Assembly (NCBI RefSeq): GCF_963921235.1
Contig: NC_086097.1
Span: forward strand, 134,852,001-134,916,000
Length of the DNA stretch: 64,000 nucleotides
Origin: Mobula hypostoma
Taxonomy: Eukaryota
Direction of reading: 5' to 3'
The translations under genes and the position numbers were made by a program. Shown here in pieces: positions 1 through 13,665 of the stretch. How positions within the stretch are numbered: position 1 is the stretch's first letter; each line of letters opens with the position of its first letter. A model generated the notes under the pieces. That model saw only the letters and a list, made by a program, of their open reading frames with translations. It did no database searches and was not told where the DNA came from.

Positions 1-78
1 AGTTCATCTTCTACTCACTTAACTATTCACAGTAACAGAAATTTTGACCAGGGGTGCCCAAACTTTTGCATGCCACTG
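1..78. mobile_element. End of a Tc1/mariner-type DNA transposon
   Basis: Ends ...GGGGTGCCCAAACTTTTGCATGCCACTG followed by TA (79-80); reverse complement CAGTGGCATGCAAAAGTTTGGGCACCCC is a Tc1-like TIR. Confidence 0.65.
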
Positions 79-1489
79 TATGTCTAGTTGCATGGGTGTT
101 TTCAAGAGCCAAGACAGGTTCCAACATCAATATTCAGTATACATGTGGCAACAGGACATTGCTGACTGCATGATGTTGATTTTTTGTGCAATTACAACAA
201 CTGTGTACATAGCAACAGCCAACATAGCTTGTTAATAAATAGACTTGCATCTATCAGGAAAGATCAGAGGCCAGGGCTCTCTTCTCCATACGTGTGCAAT
301 TTGATGAAGGGTCTCTTGATTTCTAATTATACGTGTAAGTGGGCCACCTGGTCTCTGGATCCTGCTCTACCAATCAGCAAACTCATGATTAATATTTTAC
401 CAGACCACTTCCCTGTCCTTCCTCCATTTCCCTCCAGCATCCAGAAAGCAATCAACATCATCTCTGAATTAACTCCATGACTAGCACTCTACATCCCTCT
501 GGGGTAAAGCATTCCAAAGACTCACCATCCTTGTGTGAAGAAATTTATCTTCATTTTAATCCAAAATGACTTACCCCTTTGACTTTTAACTCTAGTCTTA
601 TTTCTGCAGAAACACCTATCCAATTGAGCCCTCTAAGTGTACATCCATTTCTTATTCTTCTGAATCCTATGGAGGCCTGGTCTCCAGCCATAAAAGACAC
701 CATCTCCCTTCCTAACTGCTTCTGCACATGCATGTTGGTGGGATGTTTTCAACTGTGCTGGTGAGAGGACTCTTATCTAGGGATAATATAAATATGCATC
801 TGGAGAACAGAAAACACAAAAGAAATATTTTAACTTAGTGGACATTGCCACTGCATGGATCTGTTCAGGAAAAAAAGGAATGGAAAATTGTCTTGATGAG
901 ATGGGGAAAATTTTGGATTTAGTATAAACATCACATAGGCTCAGCTGAACAGTTATTAGAGCGTAAATTTTCTGACAGCCAAATTCTAAGAGACAAGTCA
1001 AAGAGGAACGATGGCAGATAGCAGAAAAGAGGGATTACAAAAGACACAACCTGCAGTTAACATGAGACAAAGGATAATGTTTAATTGAAAGCTACCATAA
1101 TTAAAGTGGCAAATGGTAGTGGCAGACCAGAGTACCTGCATTTTTTTTGGACCCAGAAGTCGAAAACTAAGAAGTGCATAAGGGAGAAAATGAATTTTAG
1201 AAATCTTACACGTGGTACAAAACAGCAAACCCTTCTATGGGTATACAAATAAGAAGCAGTTAAAAGTAAATATGGGGCTTCGACAGAGTAAGGCTGGTGA
1301 ATTACAGGAAGGAGATGGGGACCGAGCGGCATGATGCCATGACAACAAACCTTCACTCAAAGTCACCAAAACAGAAAAGCTGGCCACTGAGTTCAGGAAG
1401 GAGGTGGTGTACATGCTTCCGTTTACATCAACAGTGCTGAGGATGAGAGCTTCAAATTCCTGGAGTGAACAGATTTATACACCCTGATT

Positions 1490-3650
1490 TGCCTCTGAGC
1501 AGGAGGTGTTTGCTATTGAGGCAAATCAGGGTAGATAAATCCCCGGGGCCTGACAAGGTGTTCCCTTGGACCCTGGAGGGAGGCAAGTGCAGAGATTGCC
1601 GGGGCCCTAGCAGAGATATTTAAAACATCCTTAGTGACAGGAGAAGTACCAGAGAACTGGAGGATAGCCAATGTTGTTCCACTGTTTAAAAAAGATTCTA
1701 AACATAAACCAGGAAATTACAGGCCAATGAGTCTGATATTATTGGAAAATGCAATTGCACACATTGTATTTTCTATGTATTACAGTATTTACTCAAATGC
1801 ACACACTGTATTCTCTACAATATTCTCTATGTAACCACTGTTAGCTTATTAGAAGGTATTCAGTATGTAGCCATGACTTTTGACCTGTTCACTATTAATT
1901 CATGAAGAAAACTAGAATGAAACCAAGTAGAAAGATAATGGTGGCAGGTAGGATGATGAAATATGTGGTAGCATGTCAATGCAAGACCAATTAAGAAATA
2001 ACTGTGGTTAAGGATGAGAAGACATATGGTCTAAAATGTAAACTAGGACATAATTAAGTTGGGGAATAAAACAATAGTGGAAAGTCGAGAGCGGATATAT
2101 TGATGATATGTAATCACAGGCCGATTGGATATGATAATGTAGCTAAGATAGGAAAATTGCTATAAAAAATGCTGTGTACAAGCCTCGACGGGCAGTCAGC
2201 TACTAGCTTTCTGATTGTCTCAACTTTGATTTGCAAATTAAAGTTTAAAATGTCTTGACGGGTTTTCTGCGTCTCCTTGTCGTTTGTGAGAAACGAGAAA
2301 CCACGACAATATCCATTGTGGTAAAGTTATTGGAAGGTATTCTAAGGGACTGGATATACAAGTATTTGGATAGACATGGACTATTTAAGGTTAGTTAACA
2401 TGGCTTCGTGCGTGGTAGTAGGTCATGCCTGACTAATGTTATGAGTTTTTCAAGGAAGTTGCCAGGAAGGTGGATAAAGACAAGGCAGCCGATGTTGTCA
2501 ACATGGATCTTAGTAAGGCATTTAACAAGCTCCCACATGGAGCTCGGTATTCAGGATGAGGTAGTAAATTGGATTAGACATTGGCCTTGTGGGAGAAGCC
2601 AGAGAGAGAGAGGTAGTAGATGGTTGCCTCTCTGATTGGAGGCCTGTGACTAATGGGGTGCTGCAGGGATCGGTACTGGGTCCTTTGTTGTTTGTCATCT
2701 ATATCAATAATCTGCATGACAATGTGGTTAACTGGATCAGCAAGTTTGCGGAAGTTACCAAGATTGAGGGTGTCGTGGACAGTGAACAAGGCTATCGTGG
2801 CTTGCAGAGGGATCTACGTCAGCTGGAAATATAGGCTGAAAATTGCAGCAGATGGAATTTAATGCAGACAAGTGTGAGATTTTGCAGTTCGGTAGGACCA
2901 ATCAGGGTAGGTCTTGCACAGTGAATGGCAGGGCACTGAGGAGTGTGGTAGAACAAAGGGATCTGGAAATATAGATCCATAATTCATTGAAAGTGGAGCA
3001 CAGGTAGGTAGAGTTATAAAGAAAGCTTTTGACATATTGGCCTTCACAAATCAATGTACTGAGTATCGAAGATGGGATGTTGTGTTGACGTTGTATAAGA
3101 CGGTGAGGCCTCATTTGAAGTATTGTATGCAGTTTTGGTCGCCTACCTACATAAGAAAGATGTAAACAAGGTTGAAAGAGTGCAGAGAAAATTTACAAGG
3201 ATGTTGTTGGGTTTGGAGGATCCAAGTTACAAGGAAAGATTGAATAGGTTAGGACTGTATTCTTTAGAACGTAGAAGATTTGATGAGAGGTATACAAAAT
3301 TATGAAGAGTATAGATAGGGTAGACGCAAGCAGACTTTTTCCACTGAGATTGGGTGGGACTACAACCACAGTCATGGGTTAAGAGTGAAAGGTGAGAAGT
3401 TTAAGGAGAATATGAGGGGAAACTTTTTCCACTCAGGGTCACGAGAGTGTGGAATAAGCTGCCAGAACATGTGGTACATGTGAGCTTGATTTCAACATTT
3501 AAGAGAAGTTTGAATAGGTACATGGATAGTAGGGATATGGAGGGATATGGTCCCGGTGTAGTTCAAAGGGAATAAGCATGTTAAATGGTTTTGGCATGGA
3601 CTAGATAGGTCGAAGGGCCTACTTCTGGGTTGGACTTCTCTATGACTCTA
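1490..3650 (+). mobile_element. Decayed CR1 LINE (ORF2 RT region to 3' end), interrupted by a solo LTR
   Basis: Fragments WRIANVVPLFKK..PGNYRP, GVLQGSVLGPLLFVIYIN, VERVQRKFTRML; 3' microsatellite-like TCTATGACTCTA. Boundaries approximate. Confidence 0.9.
1740..2308 (+). mobile_element. Solo LTR nested in CR1
   Basis: ATAT 4-bp TSD (1736-1739 / 2309-2312); termini TATTG...GACA (TG mutated to TA); TATAAAA at 2161 and ATTAAA near 2237; CR1 sequence resumes after it. Confidence 0.7.
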
Positions 3651-3659
3651 ATATCACTA

Positions 3660-4265
3660 ATAGATTGTCCTGATCAACCATGTTGCTGCCATGGCCAAAA
3701 AAGCTCCATTTCCTCAAGGGGCTAAAAGAAATTAGCATGTCCTCTTTGACCTACACCCATTTTTATCTATGCAGCACAGCTCGCTATGGCAACTGCTCTC
3801 TGCCTGTGACTGCAAGAAACTGTAGCATTGTGGACACAGCTCAACATATCACAGAAACCAGCTTCTCTCCATGGACTCTGCCTGCACTTCTTACTGCCTC
3901 ATAATCAAAGACCTCACCCATTCCAGACATTCTACCTCCTCCTCCTTTCCACTGAGCAGAAGGTACAACAGCCCAAAAGCACATTCCATGAGGCCCAAGA
4001 AAAAACTTCTAACCATACGTCCATCTAATTGGGATTATCTCTAGTCCAATATAATTGACTCTTATCTCACAATCTACTTTGTTGTGACCTTGAATCTTAT
4101 TTTCTTCTGGTACTGCACTTTCTCTGTACTGTAACACTGTACTCTACACTTTGTCATTGTTTTACCTTGCATTATCTCAATGCATTGTTGTAATAATTTG
4201 ATCTGTATGAATGGTATGCAAGTTTTTCACTGTACCTTAGTATGTGTAACAAGAATAACCAAATT
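3660..4265 (+). mobile_element. Rex1/Babar-derived 3' fragment
   Basis: Degenerate C-terminal Rex1-like coding remnants plus a 3' tail shared with other copies (42810-43140, 44875-46560). Confidence 0.6.
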
Positions 4266-4454
4266 TAATAAACAGCAAAGAAATAGCAAACACATTGACT
4301 TTTTTTAAACATCTGTCTTCACTGTGGTAAGTGCTAAGAAACCAGCGGGAGAGTCTCAAACAAGGGCCCACAACTCCAAGGGGCAGGTTACTTAAAACAG
4401 AGATACACAGAGATTTCTCTACCTCAGTCGATGGATGATAAGAATAGTTATTGA

Positions 4455-4696
4455 GATACAATGCTTAGGCCCTACTGGTCCTTCGAGCCACACCGCCCAG
4501 TAATCCCCAATTTAACTCTACCCAAGTCATGCAACAACTTACAATGAAAAATTAACCAACCAGTATGTCTTTGGACTGTGGGAGGAAACCCACACTGGGA
4601 GAACTTACAAACTCCTTACATACAGCAGCAGGAATTGAACCCAGATCACTGGTACTGTAAAGCATTGTGCTAACCACTACGCTACTATGCTGCCCC
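4455..4696 (-). mobile_element. tRNA-derived V-SINE (HE1-like)
   Basis: On minus strand: GGGGCAGCATAGTAGCGTAGTGGTTAGC (A box), GGTTCAATTCC (B box, 4631-4641), V-domain-like GGAGTTTGTAAGTTCTCC. Confidence 0.7.
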
Positions 4697-6217
4697 AAAT
4701 TGCAGTGGTGAGAGATAAATACTTGCTGGATGAACAAATAGAGGGGTATAGGGATCTGACACAGAAGAGGAGTTGAGGCCAGCCATGATCATTAAATGGA
4801 GAGTCAGGTTTGACTATCTAATCCTCCTATTTTCTTGTTCTTGTATGACAAATATATAAAGTGGATTGAAGACAAAGAAAACAGTTTGGTCTGTACTGTA
4901 TGTCAAAGATGTTATTACAGAAAAAGGTAAAGGTTTTCCACACAAAAATTTTAATTTCTTGTTTTCTCTTTACGCTGTGACTTGGGACTAAAATAAATTA
5001 TACATAATTTACAAGATAACTAATCCAGATCACAGTTGAGGTCCCCACGATTGGAAGAAAATCTCCCTTGGATATTTTGTATCAATGCACCCAGTATATA
5101 CAAGTGAGAAGCCACTACTAATTTTTCAGATGCAATGATATACAACAATATTGAAGCAAGTTACGCATCTGCTCAAGAGCACTGTTTTCCACTGAGTACA
5201 CATGCCAACAATGAAACCCTTAAAGTGGCCTGAAGTGACATTTGGCAGAATAGGTTTTGTAACTGAAGACTAAGTATTACCATATTCAGAAATCTCAATA
5301 TGGAATCTACTAAGGAATAAAGAATATTAGTTATTTGTATTTTTGATGCATGTTGTTAATGAGAGGAAATTGAATTAATGATCTGTAACTAAATAGTTTT
5401 ATGTTAGAAATAGAGAGTTACATTCAACTGAATTCAACACTGACTATTAACATTTCCTAAGACAAGCACACAAATGCAAATGAAGATACCATATGAAAGG
5501 AAGCCCATTATAGAATCCCATTGTAAATTTGTTAGATGCATACATAGGAACATACAAAAGAAAATATGATCACACCACTTGACCCCCTCAAATCTATCCT
5601 ACCATTCAGTCTGATCATGGCTGATCTGCCTCATGCTACAGTTCGATCCCAATTCCACACAGGCCTCAACTCCCCAATCTTTCAAACATTTACTTACTCT
5701 TTAAATACTTCCAGTAATCTGACCTCCATACCCCTACAGGATAGAAACTTCCAAAGGTTCACCACCCTCTATCAGAAGCAATTCACCACAGTTTTAAATG
5801 AGTGCTGTCATGACCTTTGACAGCTTCCCATTTGTGTAAAATCCTTCATATCTACTTTGGAAATATCTTGGATCCCAAGGAGGTTTTGACATAAAATCCT
5901 TTCATTCTTCTAAGTTCCAAAGAATACAAGTCTTCTTTATCACACCTTTAAAGCCATTGGTGATAGAACAATGTTCTCATCTTAGGAATTAACAAAGTAA
6001 ATAAATTCCCGACTGCTTCCAATAATAATGTATCCATTCATAAATAAGCAAGCACTTTCTAAAGTCGTATCTTGCCTCAGTACACTTATCTACTTGTCAC
6101 CAATTAGCCCAGAGTATACTCCAAAACCAATTTCACATTTGAAACCTTTCTGGTTAAAGGGATATGCACAAAGATATAGTTGTCTGCAGACAGACCAGAG
6201 AGAAATCTTTCCCTTAC

Positions 6218-6330
6218 TTTAATCTGTTGACTGATGGAACATTCCTCCATGTTGGGTGAAGCTGATCTGCATTTATCACTTGCCCTTTTTTATGTGCAAA
6301 GCCCAAGCGGCAATATACTGACACTGCATT
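6218..6330 (-). CDS. FAM91A1: FAM91A1 exon 11 (NAVSVYCRLGFAHKKGQVINADQLHPTWRNVPSVNRL-); gene continues beyond the left edge
   Basis: CCCCAG acceptor, GTAAGG donor, 113 nt. No exon-12-like sequence recognised in 1-6217. Confidence 0.96.
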
Positions 6331-7710
6331 CTGGGGAGACAAAACATTACCATCAACGTTCAAAATAACCAATTTCAGAATTATCACATAAATAAAAAGG
6401 TATTATAGGTATTTCTCCTTTCAGTAACAGCATAATTTCCTTGGTTACAGTATCAGCTACTGGAAAATAATTGAAATATCTGAAATTGCCTCTGTAGCAA
6501 GTAATGCTATGATAGCTTCTCCATGCTAGTGATACCACTATAGTTCCCCAATGATGTGAAAACAACATGACATTTTATGGGGCTGTTGTTAGAATGTGTA
6601 TTGGCTTGTAGGACTTTGGAGCACAGAGTTAACACAGAAATAGGCCCTTCAACCCAACACATCCATGTAAACCAAATTGTCTATTTGTACCAGTCCTATT
6701 TACCTGAATTTGGTCCATATCCTTTGAAGCTTGCCCTATCCATATACCTGTCTAAATGTCTTTCAAACATTGTAATTGTACCCACCTCTAGCAATTCATT
6801 ACATATACTCACAACTCTCTTTGGAAAATATTGTCCCTCAGGTCTCTCTCAAATCTTTCCCTATATTCTCTAGCTTTAGACTCCTCTACTTTAAGAAAAA
6901 AAACTATGACCTGATCTATGCCCCTCATAATTTTATGAACCTTTATCCTCCAAATTCATTTGAACCAAACCAGCATCAGCATCTCTCCCAACACAACATT
7001 CCTATTACTGAGGCAATAATTACTTTGACATTCTCAATTACTTTGAGAAGGTATGGAAATCAAATGCCCAACATTAAACTTCCAATGTACTATTCATTGC
7101 TGTTAAGGGAAGAGATTACCAAGTAGAGGAAAAATTTCAAGTGTGCTCAACACATCCTTGCAACGTGCCCATTGTCTCATGGGAATCTCTAGACATAACC
7201 ACTGACAGTGGAGAATAAGCATTTAGTGTGGAAGCAAGAAGCAGACAGGTGTCCAGCAGGACCAATGCAAACAGGAGACTATGGTGCATACTGCCAACCA
7301 GCCTAGTGTTTGAAAAAAATCTGTGCTGTCCATCAAACAGGAGAGAAAAAGAAAAGAAAAAAAAGAAACAATAAGTAAAAAAAATACATAATAGGGTAAC
7401 TTACAGTTTGAGTTGGATAACATCAAAAGATGTAATCAGTTAAATTCCTTTTTATTAAATGGCATTAAAGAATCTTTACTAGAATTTAAAAAATTCTATT
7501 TCACTGTCCATTGCATTGGGAGACGTATGCATAAATTACAAAAGGTGATGCATAAGCATCTACAGTAGTACCACACTATTTTATCAACTTTAACCTACTC
7601 TGGACAACCTAAAATATTATCAATAAAAAAATGGAACAATTCTAAAAAGATTAAAGAATCCCATTTTAAGATGCCTCATGATCAGAACCCTGATAAATAT
7701 TTCTACATAC

Positions 7711-7749
7711 CTTTACAAGGGATAGATCTATCTCCAGTACATTCGCCAA
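7711..7749 (-). CDS. FAM91A1: FAM91A1 exon 10 (LANVLEIDLSLVK)
   Basis: TTTTCCAG acceptor, GTATGT donor, 39 nt. Confidence 0.95.
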
Positions 7750-9047
7750 CTGGAAAACATTAAAAATAATTATTTTGATAGATAACAGAAAAAAAACATC
7801 AAATATAGCTCCTCAGTATGTGCAAAGATCATTTTCAATTACACTAATGGCCATCCTGGCACTCCATGACCGCTCTGCTCCCATTGTCTCCCAAAGACAA
7901 AATACTGTTTTCCCATTGCTCATGTCCACCATTCCTTCCCAGTCCGGTTACTACGTTTGTATATAGCCCTTACCTATAAATACTCAAAGAAATGAAAGTT
8001 TTCCAAATCCTTATAATTAAAAACAGGACATTTCTTACCAGCTTGAAATGTCACTATATTTCAGTATCTCTATGTAATTTGATCAGCCAATCTAGCCTGT
8101 CATGGCCCATGCAGTTTGTTTTTATAAAACTTACATTGTACATTGGCAGCTGTGTAAAAAAAAAATCTATATTCTGTTTTCTTTTTACTGCCTTGATACA
8201 CGTATAAGCCTATGTGACAAGAAAACAAAGCTTTTCACTTTATTGCTGTACTCGTGATAATAATGAGCCAATATCAATAATTTTAATTTCCTTTGGTTGG
8301 CTGTCATCCATCCAATTTATGCTAATCACTATCTATAAACCAGATATTACTTCCACACAGCACTTCCAGAACTCCACAGTAGAGCAACTACGGCCAAATC
8401 ATTATATAAATAACAGTTCATTCATTCTTGCAGTCTGTGTTTATTTTTAAAATGCAAAATTCAATAAACATATTTTAGAAACTAGATTGTAACCTTTCTT
8501 AAAAACCTTAATCTTATTTCCTTTCCTATTCTAAGATTTCAGTGAATGTTTCTTGTTTTAAATAACACAAAAAGTCAAACTATTTAAAATTTTCAAAAAA
8601 GAAACAAGAAAGAAATTGCATTTACAGTCCACCTTTTATTACTTTAAGACTTCCCCAAGTACTTTCCAGATAATGAAGCACTTTTGAATAGTTGGCATGG
8701 CTGTTAATTAAGAAATCTAGTTGTCCACTTTTCCTTACTAACTTTCACAAACACTAATGAAATCTTGCAGTGTCTGTTTTAATAAAGATCGGTGGAGTGA
8801 AGGAGAAAACTGGCAAGTACACTGGAAGCCATTGCCCTTTTTGTATTCAAATCATGCTGAGAGATTCTTTACATACACCCTCGGGAGTAGAAAGAGCTTT
8901 TATTCAACAGCTCATCTGACAGAATACTTCCACAATTCGTTACTCGCTCAGTAACAAATATCTACCTTATAAAATTCTGTTGTTGGTTATCTGTACTGGC
9001 AAAAAAAAGTACATTAAACAACATTGCTATTGTTTAAGCCTCCCTAC

Positions 9048-9154
9048 CTCTGCAACATTGGTTTGTTCATCGATAGAAACAAAAATCTTGTAGAGAAGTG
9101 TTTCAAAGTAATCACCTTGCACCCTATTCATCACAAATCCTTCCAACGGAGGAA
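9048..9154 (-). CDS. FAM91A1: FAM91A1 exon 9 ([36 protein letters not shown])
   Basis: TTTTAG acceptor, GTAGGG donor, 107 nt; highly conserved motif. Confidence 0.97.
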
Positions 9155-9614
9155 CTAAAAGAGAAAAAATATCAAATTTTCCATTTCTCAAAGCTTATTT
9201 CACTGAAAATAATAATTACAAAACTGTATGTTTCCCAAAGGAGGCATATATAATAATTTCCCTTTATTGTTGCTCTAGTTTTACAATAAACCAATCAATA
9301 GCTTTTCATTAAGTGAATGATGAACTGCAAGGAATTTTTTCTGATTATCCATGCCCAAAAACATTTATTCAACTTTCCCCTAAAAATCCCTGCAAATTTA
9401 CACATCACATTTTCTCCTCAATAGCATCCTGACTACTTTAAGTTAACATTGTTCAATCTTGTTTACGTTGATCTAATTGTCCAATGTACACTTAATAGAG
9501 GAGGCAGCAGCACCAAGGATGAATACAGGATACACATTTGAAAGTATTTGCGGTCCTGGACAGCAAGAGAAAGGGTGAATGGACAGTTGCTAAAGACTTA
9601 AGGATAAGGATGTA

Positions 9615-10065
9615 ATATGAGGCCTGGATTAAAGAAAATGTCTTCTGCAGGAAGGTTGAGCAAGCTAGGGCTGTTTTCTTTGAAGCAAAGTAGGATAAGA
9701 GGCAACTTGGTAGAGGTGTGCAAGATTATGAGAGGCATATTTAGAGTAGACACACAGTGGTTTTATCCATGGGTGGCAAAAGCCAATACCAGAGGACACC
9801 TACCTAAGGTACGTGAAGGAAAGTTTAGGAGAGAATGGCAGAGGTAGGATTTTCTACAGAGACTGGTAGGTGCCTGGAATGCACTGCTGAGGGTGGCAGT
9901 AGAAGCTGATACAATTGGGACATTTAAGAGACCTAGATAGGCACATTGATACAAGAAAAATGGAGGGCTACGGGCAATGTAGAAGGGAAAGATTTGATTG
10001 ATCATGGAGTACTCTTTATAGGCTGGACAACATCATGGGTGGTGCTGTACTGTTCTATGTTCTAT
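9615..10065 (+). mobile_element. CR1 3' fragment
   Basis: GRLSKLGLFSLKQSRIRGNLVEVCKIMRG..TRGH motif and TTCTATGTTCTAT tail. Confidence 0.8.
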
Positions 10066-10559
10066 AATTGTCCTTACACAGTGCGTGGCCATGTTGCAAA
10101 CTGACACTTGGGTTGAGCATCCACTAACAACAAGGCCAGCAGGATGGTCTGTTTACTCATCATGTTGCCAGCGAATAACAATCTTCCATTGCAACTTCTC
10201 ATGCCTATTCTAAACTCATTTTTAAAAAAACTCACCCCACTTACACCCCCTTAAAACCTACAGAACATTCTTCAGTTTGAATGAAAACCCATCAACCCAA
10301 CATTACCTCTGTAATTAGCTGAAATTCACCAACAAGTTCCTGGGCACTTGCCGATGAGTTTCACAGGACAGGAAAAGAGGCACATTTGCAAACTGTTACT
10401 TAATAGTTGATTGGCCAAAATGCTAATTAATAGCATCCAATAAAAAGAAGTTATGGTAAGGTGGAGTGGCCATTTTCAAAGATTGTCTAAGCATATCCTT
10501 TGGTGACAAGGTTTGGTAACACTAAGGTAGTTTATTCCCCCCCCCCCATATCTTTTCAG

Positions 10560-11090
10560 TCATGGCAGGTGAGCTCAGAGCTGTACCATTGTGCAATGTG
10601 GGAACTTGGAGGTTGCCAGTCACGATGATTGTGTGTGCAGAAACTGCATCCAGCTGCAGCTCCTGGCACTGGAGCTGTACATTGATTCACTTCGGGTCAT
10701 CCGCGATGCTAAGAATGTTGAGATTAATGCACCTGGTCAGTTGGCCACAATGCAGTTTAAAGCCTTAAAAAAGATAAGGAATGGGTGAACAACAGGCAGT
10801 GGAGTAGGAGGAAGGTACTGCAGGAATCCCTTGTGGTCATCTACCTCTAAAGCAGATACAACTTTGAAATACTGTTAAGGGAGTAGCCAAAACTATGGTA
10901 CTATAAGTGGCTAGGAAAAGCATGGCAAAAGTATAGCAGTAGGTGATTCCATGTAAGGGGAATAGACAGGAGCTTTAATGGCTGCAAATAGGTCTCCTGG
11001 TTGGAGTGTTGCCTCCCAGGTGCAAGGGTCAGGAATGTCTTGGAGTGGCTACAGGGTATGCTAAAAAGGGATGGTGACCACCCAGTTGTT
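10560..11090 (+). mobile_element. CR1 ORF1 remnant (Cys-rich N-terminus plus SGNH-esterase-like region)
   Basis: QCGNLEV..DDCVCRNCIQLQLL; GDS motif near 10942; CCLPGARVRNVLEWLQGMLK, typical of CR1 ORF1. Confidence 0.65.
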
Positions 11091-12565
11091 GCATTAAGAG
11101 GATCCTTTACTACAATTAATTTTACCTGCCCTATGGCACAGGACCAGATCTATGCTAGTATGTTCCCTTTTAAGTTTAGTAACATGCTGTTCTAGAAAGC
11201 TATCATGAATACATTCTATGAAGTCCTCCTCAAGAATGCCTCAACCAACTTGATTTGCTATATATGTATATATACACACACACAAATTAAAGTTCTTCAT
11301 GATAGCTTCTGTTCCATTCTTACATGCATCAAATATGCATTTATTATATGTGCCACTAATGTTACTTTTGGTCCTCTAGTTATTTCTAGTGTCATCTACC
11401 AGGGGAAACAATAAGATTTTGGTGAGTAGATTTAGGATGGAAATGAGAAGGAACTCCTCTTCTCAAATTGGTGAATCTGTGGAGTTCTCTGCCAGGGGAG
11501 CAGTAGAGGTAACTTTTTAACTATATTTAAGAGACAGTTAAGTAGATTTTTGCACAGTAGGGGAATTAAGGTTTGTGGAGCTGAAGCCACAGTGAGATCA
11601 GCCGTGACTTTATTGATAGGCAGAGTATCCAATGGGCCAAAATAAAAGGACTGCACATGAATTCCCAGTTCATCTTCAAGCAGTGTTCTGTGATCTTTCA
11701 TATCCACATAATCATTGTGATGTTGCCTCAATAAAACTGCATTTTAAGACAAATTATTTTCTACAAGTATTTCAAAAGAGTGCAACTTTTTCAGTTCTGC
11801 ACTTAAGTATGACCTTAAACTCTGAACTCCAGCACTGAAGTGAGATTTGAGTCACCTATCTTCTGATGCAAGGCAAATGAATTATGCATACATTTAAAAC
11901 AAGGACTGCTACTGTAGTATGCAAATTAAGAACCTTCATGGTTAGTAAAGTTGTCACCATATTAAGTGTTCAAATTGCCCACTGGAAAGACTTTAGTAGA
12001 AGGGATATTACCCCTAGGATCTGTTCACAGACTTCCAAACAACAATTCTAATTCACAACTACTGGGAAATTTAAAACTTGATAATCTAGTGGTAAAGATG
12101 AGTCACAGAATGATGTATTGCAGAAGGAGACCATATGGTCAATGAGTTCACCCTTTGAAAGAGTGATTCCACATACAATTCTACAAGACTTTCCAAACAT
12201 TTATCAAACTCCCTTTTGAGAGTTAATATTGAATCTTTCCCTCAGTTACACATTCTGGGTGAAAACAATTTCTTTTGCCAGCTACCTTATATATATATGG
12301 CCACAGAAGGAAGCAAACTAGTTTCTCTTTATTTACTCTACATCAAAATATCAACAATTTGAAAGGTGGAAATTTAAAGGAAAAAATTTTTTTCAGTATT
12401 TCCCCTTAATCTTTTGACTGAGGGGAATAACCCTAGTTTAAATTGTTATTAAAGTAATCTATATAAAGGGTTTGATTAATTCATAAAGCCACTTAGATCA
12501 CATGCTACTTTGTAAAGTTCACCAGAGTAGTGTTACTAAAGGCTCATTTGAAGCAAAATGCTCAC

Positions 12566-12628
12566 CTGCAATGCAGCTGTCATCAGATATTGGTACATCA
12601 AGATAAATGAAGCCTTTGTTATACAAAC
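12566..12628 (-). CDS. FAM91A1: FAM91A1 exon 8 (GLYNKGFIYLDVPISDDSCIA-)
   Basis: GCAG acceptor, GTGAGC donor, 63 nt. Confidence 0.97.
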
Positions 12629-13574
12629 CTGCAAGTAAAAAAAACAAGCTATCAATTACAGACAGCAATTGTTTGATTTATCTTGCCTCAAAAACAAATG
12701 TACAAATTTTCCAACTCAAATTCACTGGTTTTCATTTAATGGCTGTCTTTAAAAACTTCAAAACAAGTGTCTTAATACTGAGAAACAGAAATGTACCCAT
12801 CCTTTTAAGAATCTTATTAGATATAGCCAGAATAAACAGTTCTTTCCCACCATCTGTCATTGCCCCAATCTCAAAAGCTTTTCCTAATGAAGTTAATATG
12901 ACCTTTCACTATGTCCTGTTGTTTCCAACTTCAAATGATTTAGATGAAGCACAATAAAAATCAAAGAAAGGCATCATTTTATATTATGTTAGTAAATATT
13001 TACTAATAATAGCTCAAACTATTTCCTCACAGTGTTCTTGCAACCAAAGTATCAAAGACCTTTCATCAACCTAGTAATGAAAACAAGAAGATATTCAAGT
13101 AATTAGTTGGATCCCACCACCCCCCCCCCCCGTCATCCAAGGGAGTCTACAGCTGAGGACACGATTAGCCATTTCAGATCAAGAAGAAAATGTTCACTCA
13201 AACTCATTGCACATCTTCAGAATTCTACTCCAAAGGGATGGGAGACATGAGGCTAATATATTCTAGAATAAGGATGATCTGATGTTTGAATGCAAAGGAA
13301 AGCAATACACAAGGATGAAGTACAATTTAGGAAGATGGGTTACAGTGGTTTTGATGTATGTCAAAGGTGAAGGAATCACATGGCCTCCTCAAGTTTAATA
13401 AATACTCAGATCTAGGCTTTGTTACACCAATTGAGCAACCTTGCATTGGTCTTTGCTGAAATCTACCTGCCACATGTTCTGTCAACATGTAGTTAACTAA
13501 GCTATTGATCGCAAAGATAGTTTCAGGATTCAGCAAGTTTTTTTAGTAATAATATCACAAAAGAGTGTACTCAC

Positions 13575-13665
13575 CAAGAACCACATTGTGTTCCAATACT
13601 CCAACCAACTGAGGTCCTGAATCAATAATTTTATCAATACAACTCTTTTCGGGTCCAGAACAAAG
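13575..13665 (-). CDS. FAM91A1: FAM91A1 exon 7 (LCSGPEKSCIDKIIDSGPQLVGVLEHNVVL-)
   Basis: TTTTAG acceptor, GTGAGT donor, 91 nt; DKIIDSGPQL motif. Confidence 0.95.

Noticed and set aside
4455..4696. tRNA gene (A and B boxes present; similar at 14484, 20735, 48543)
   Set aside because: No full cloverleaf; followed by V-domain and LINE-like tails, so these are SINE heads.
1..6217. FAM91A1 exon 12 (expected STLDPQKMLL..-like)
   Set aside because: No matching reading frame with splice sites found; presumably left of the window.
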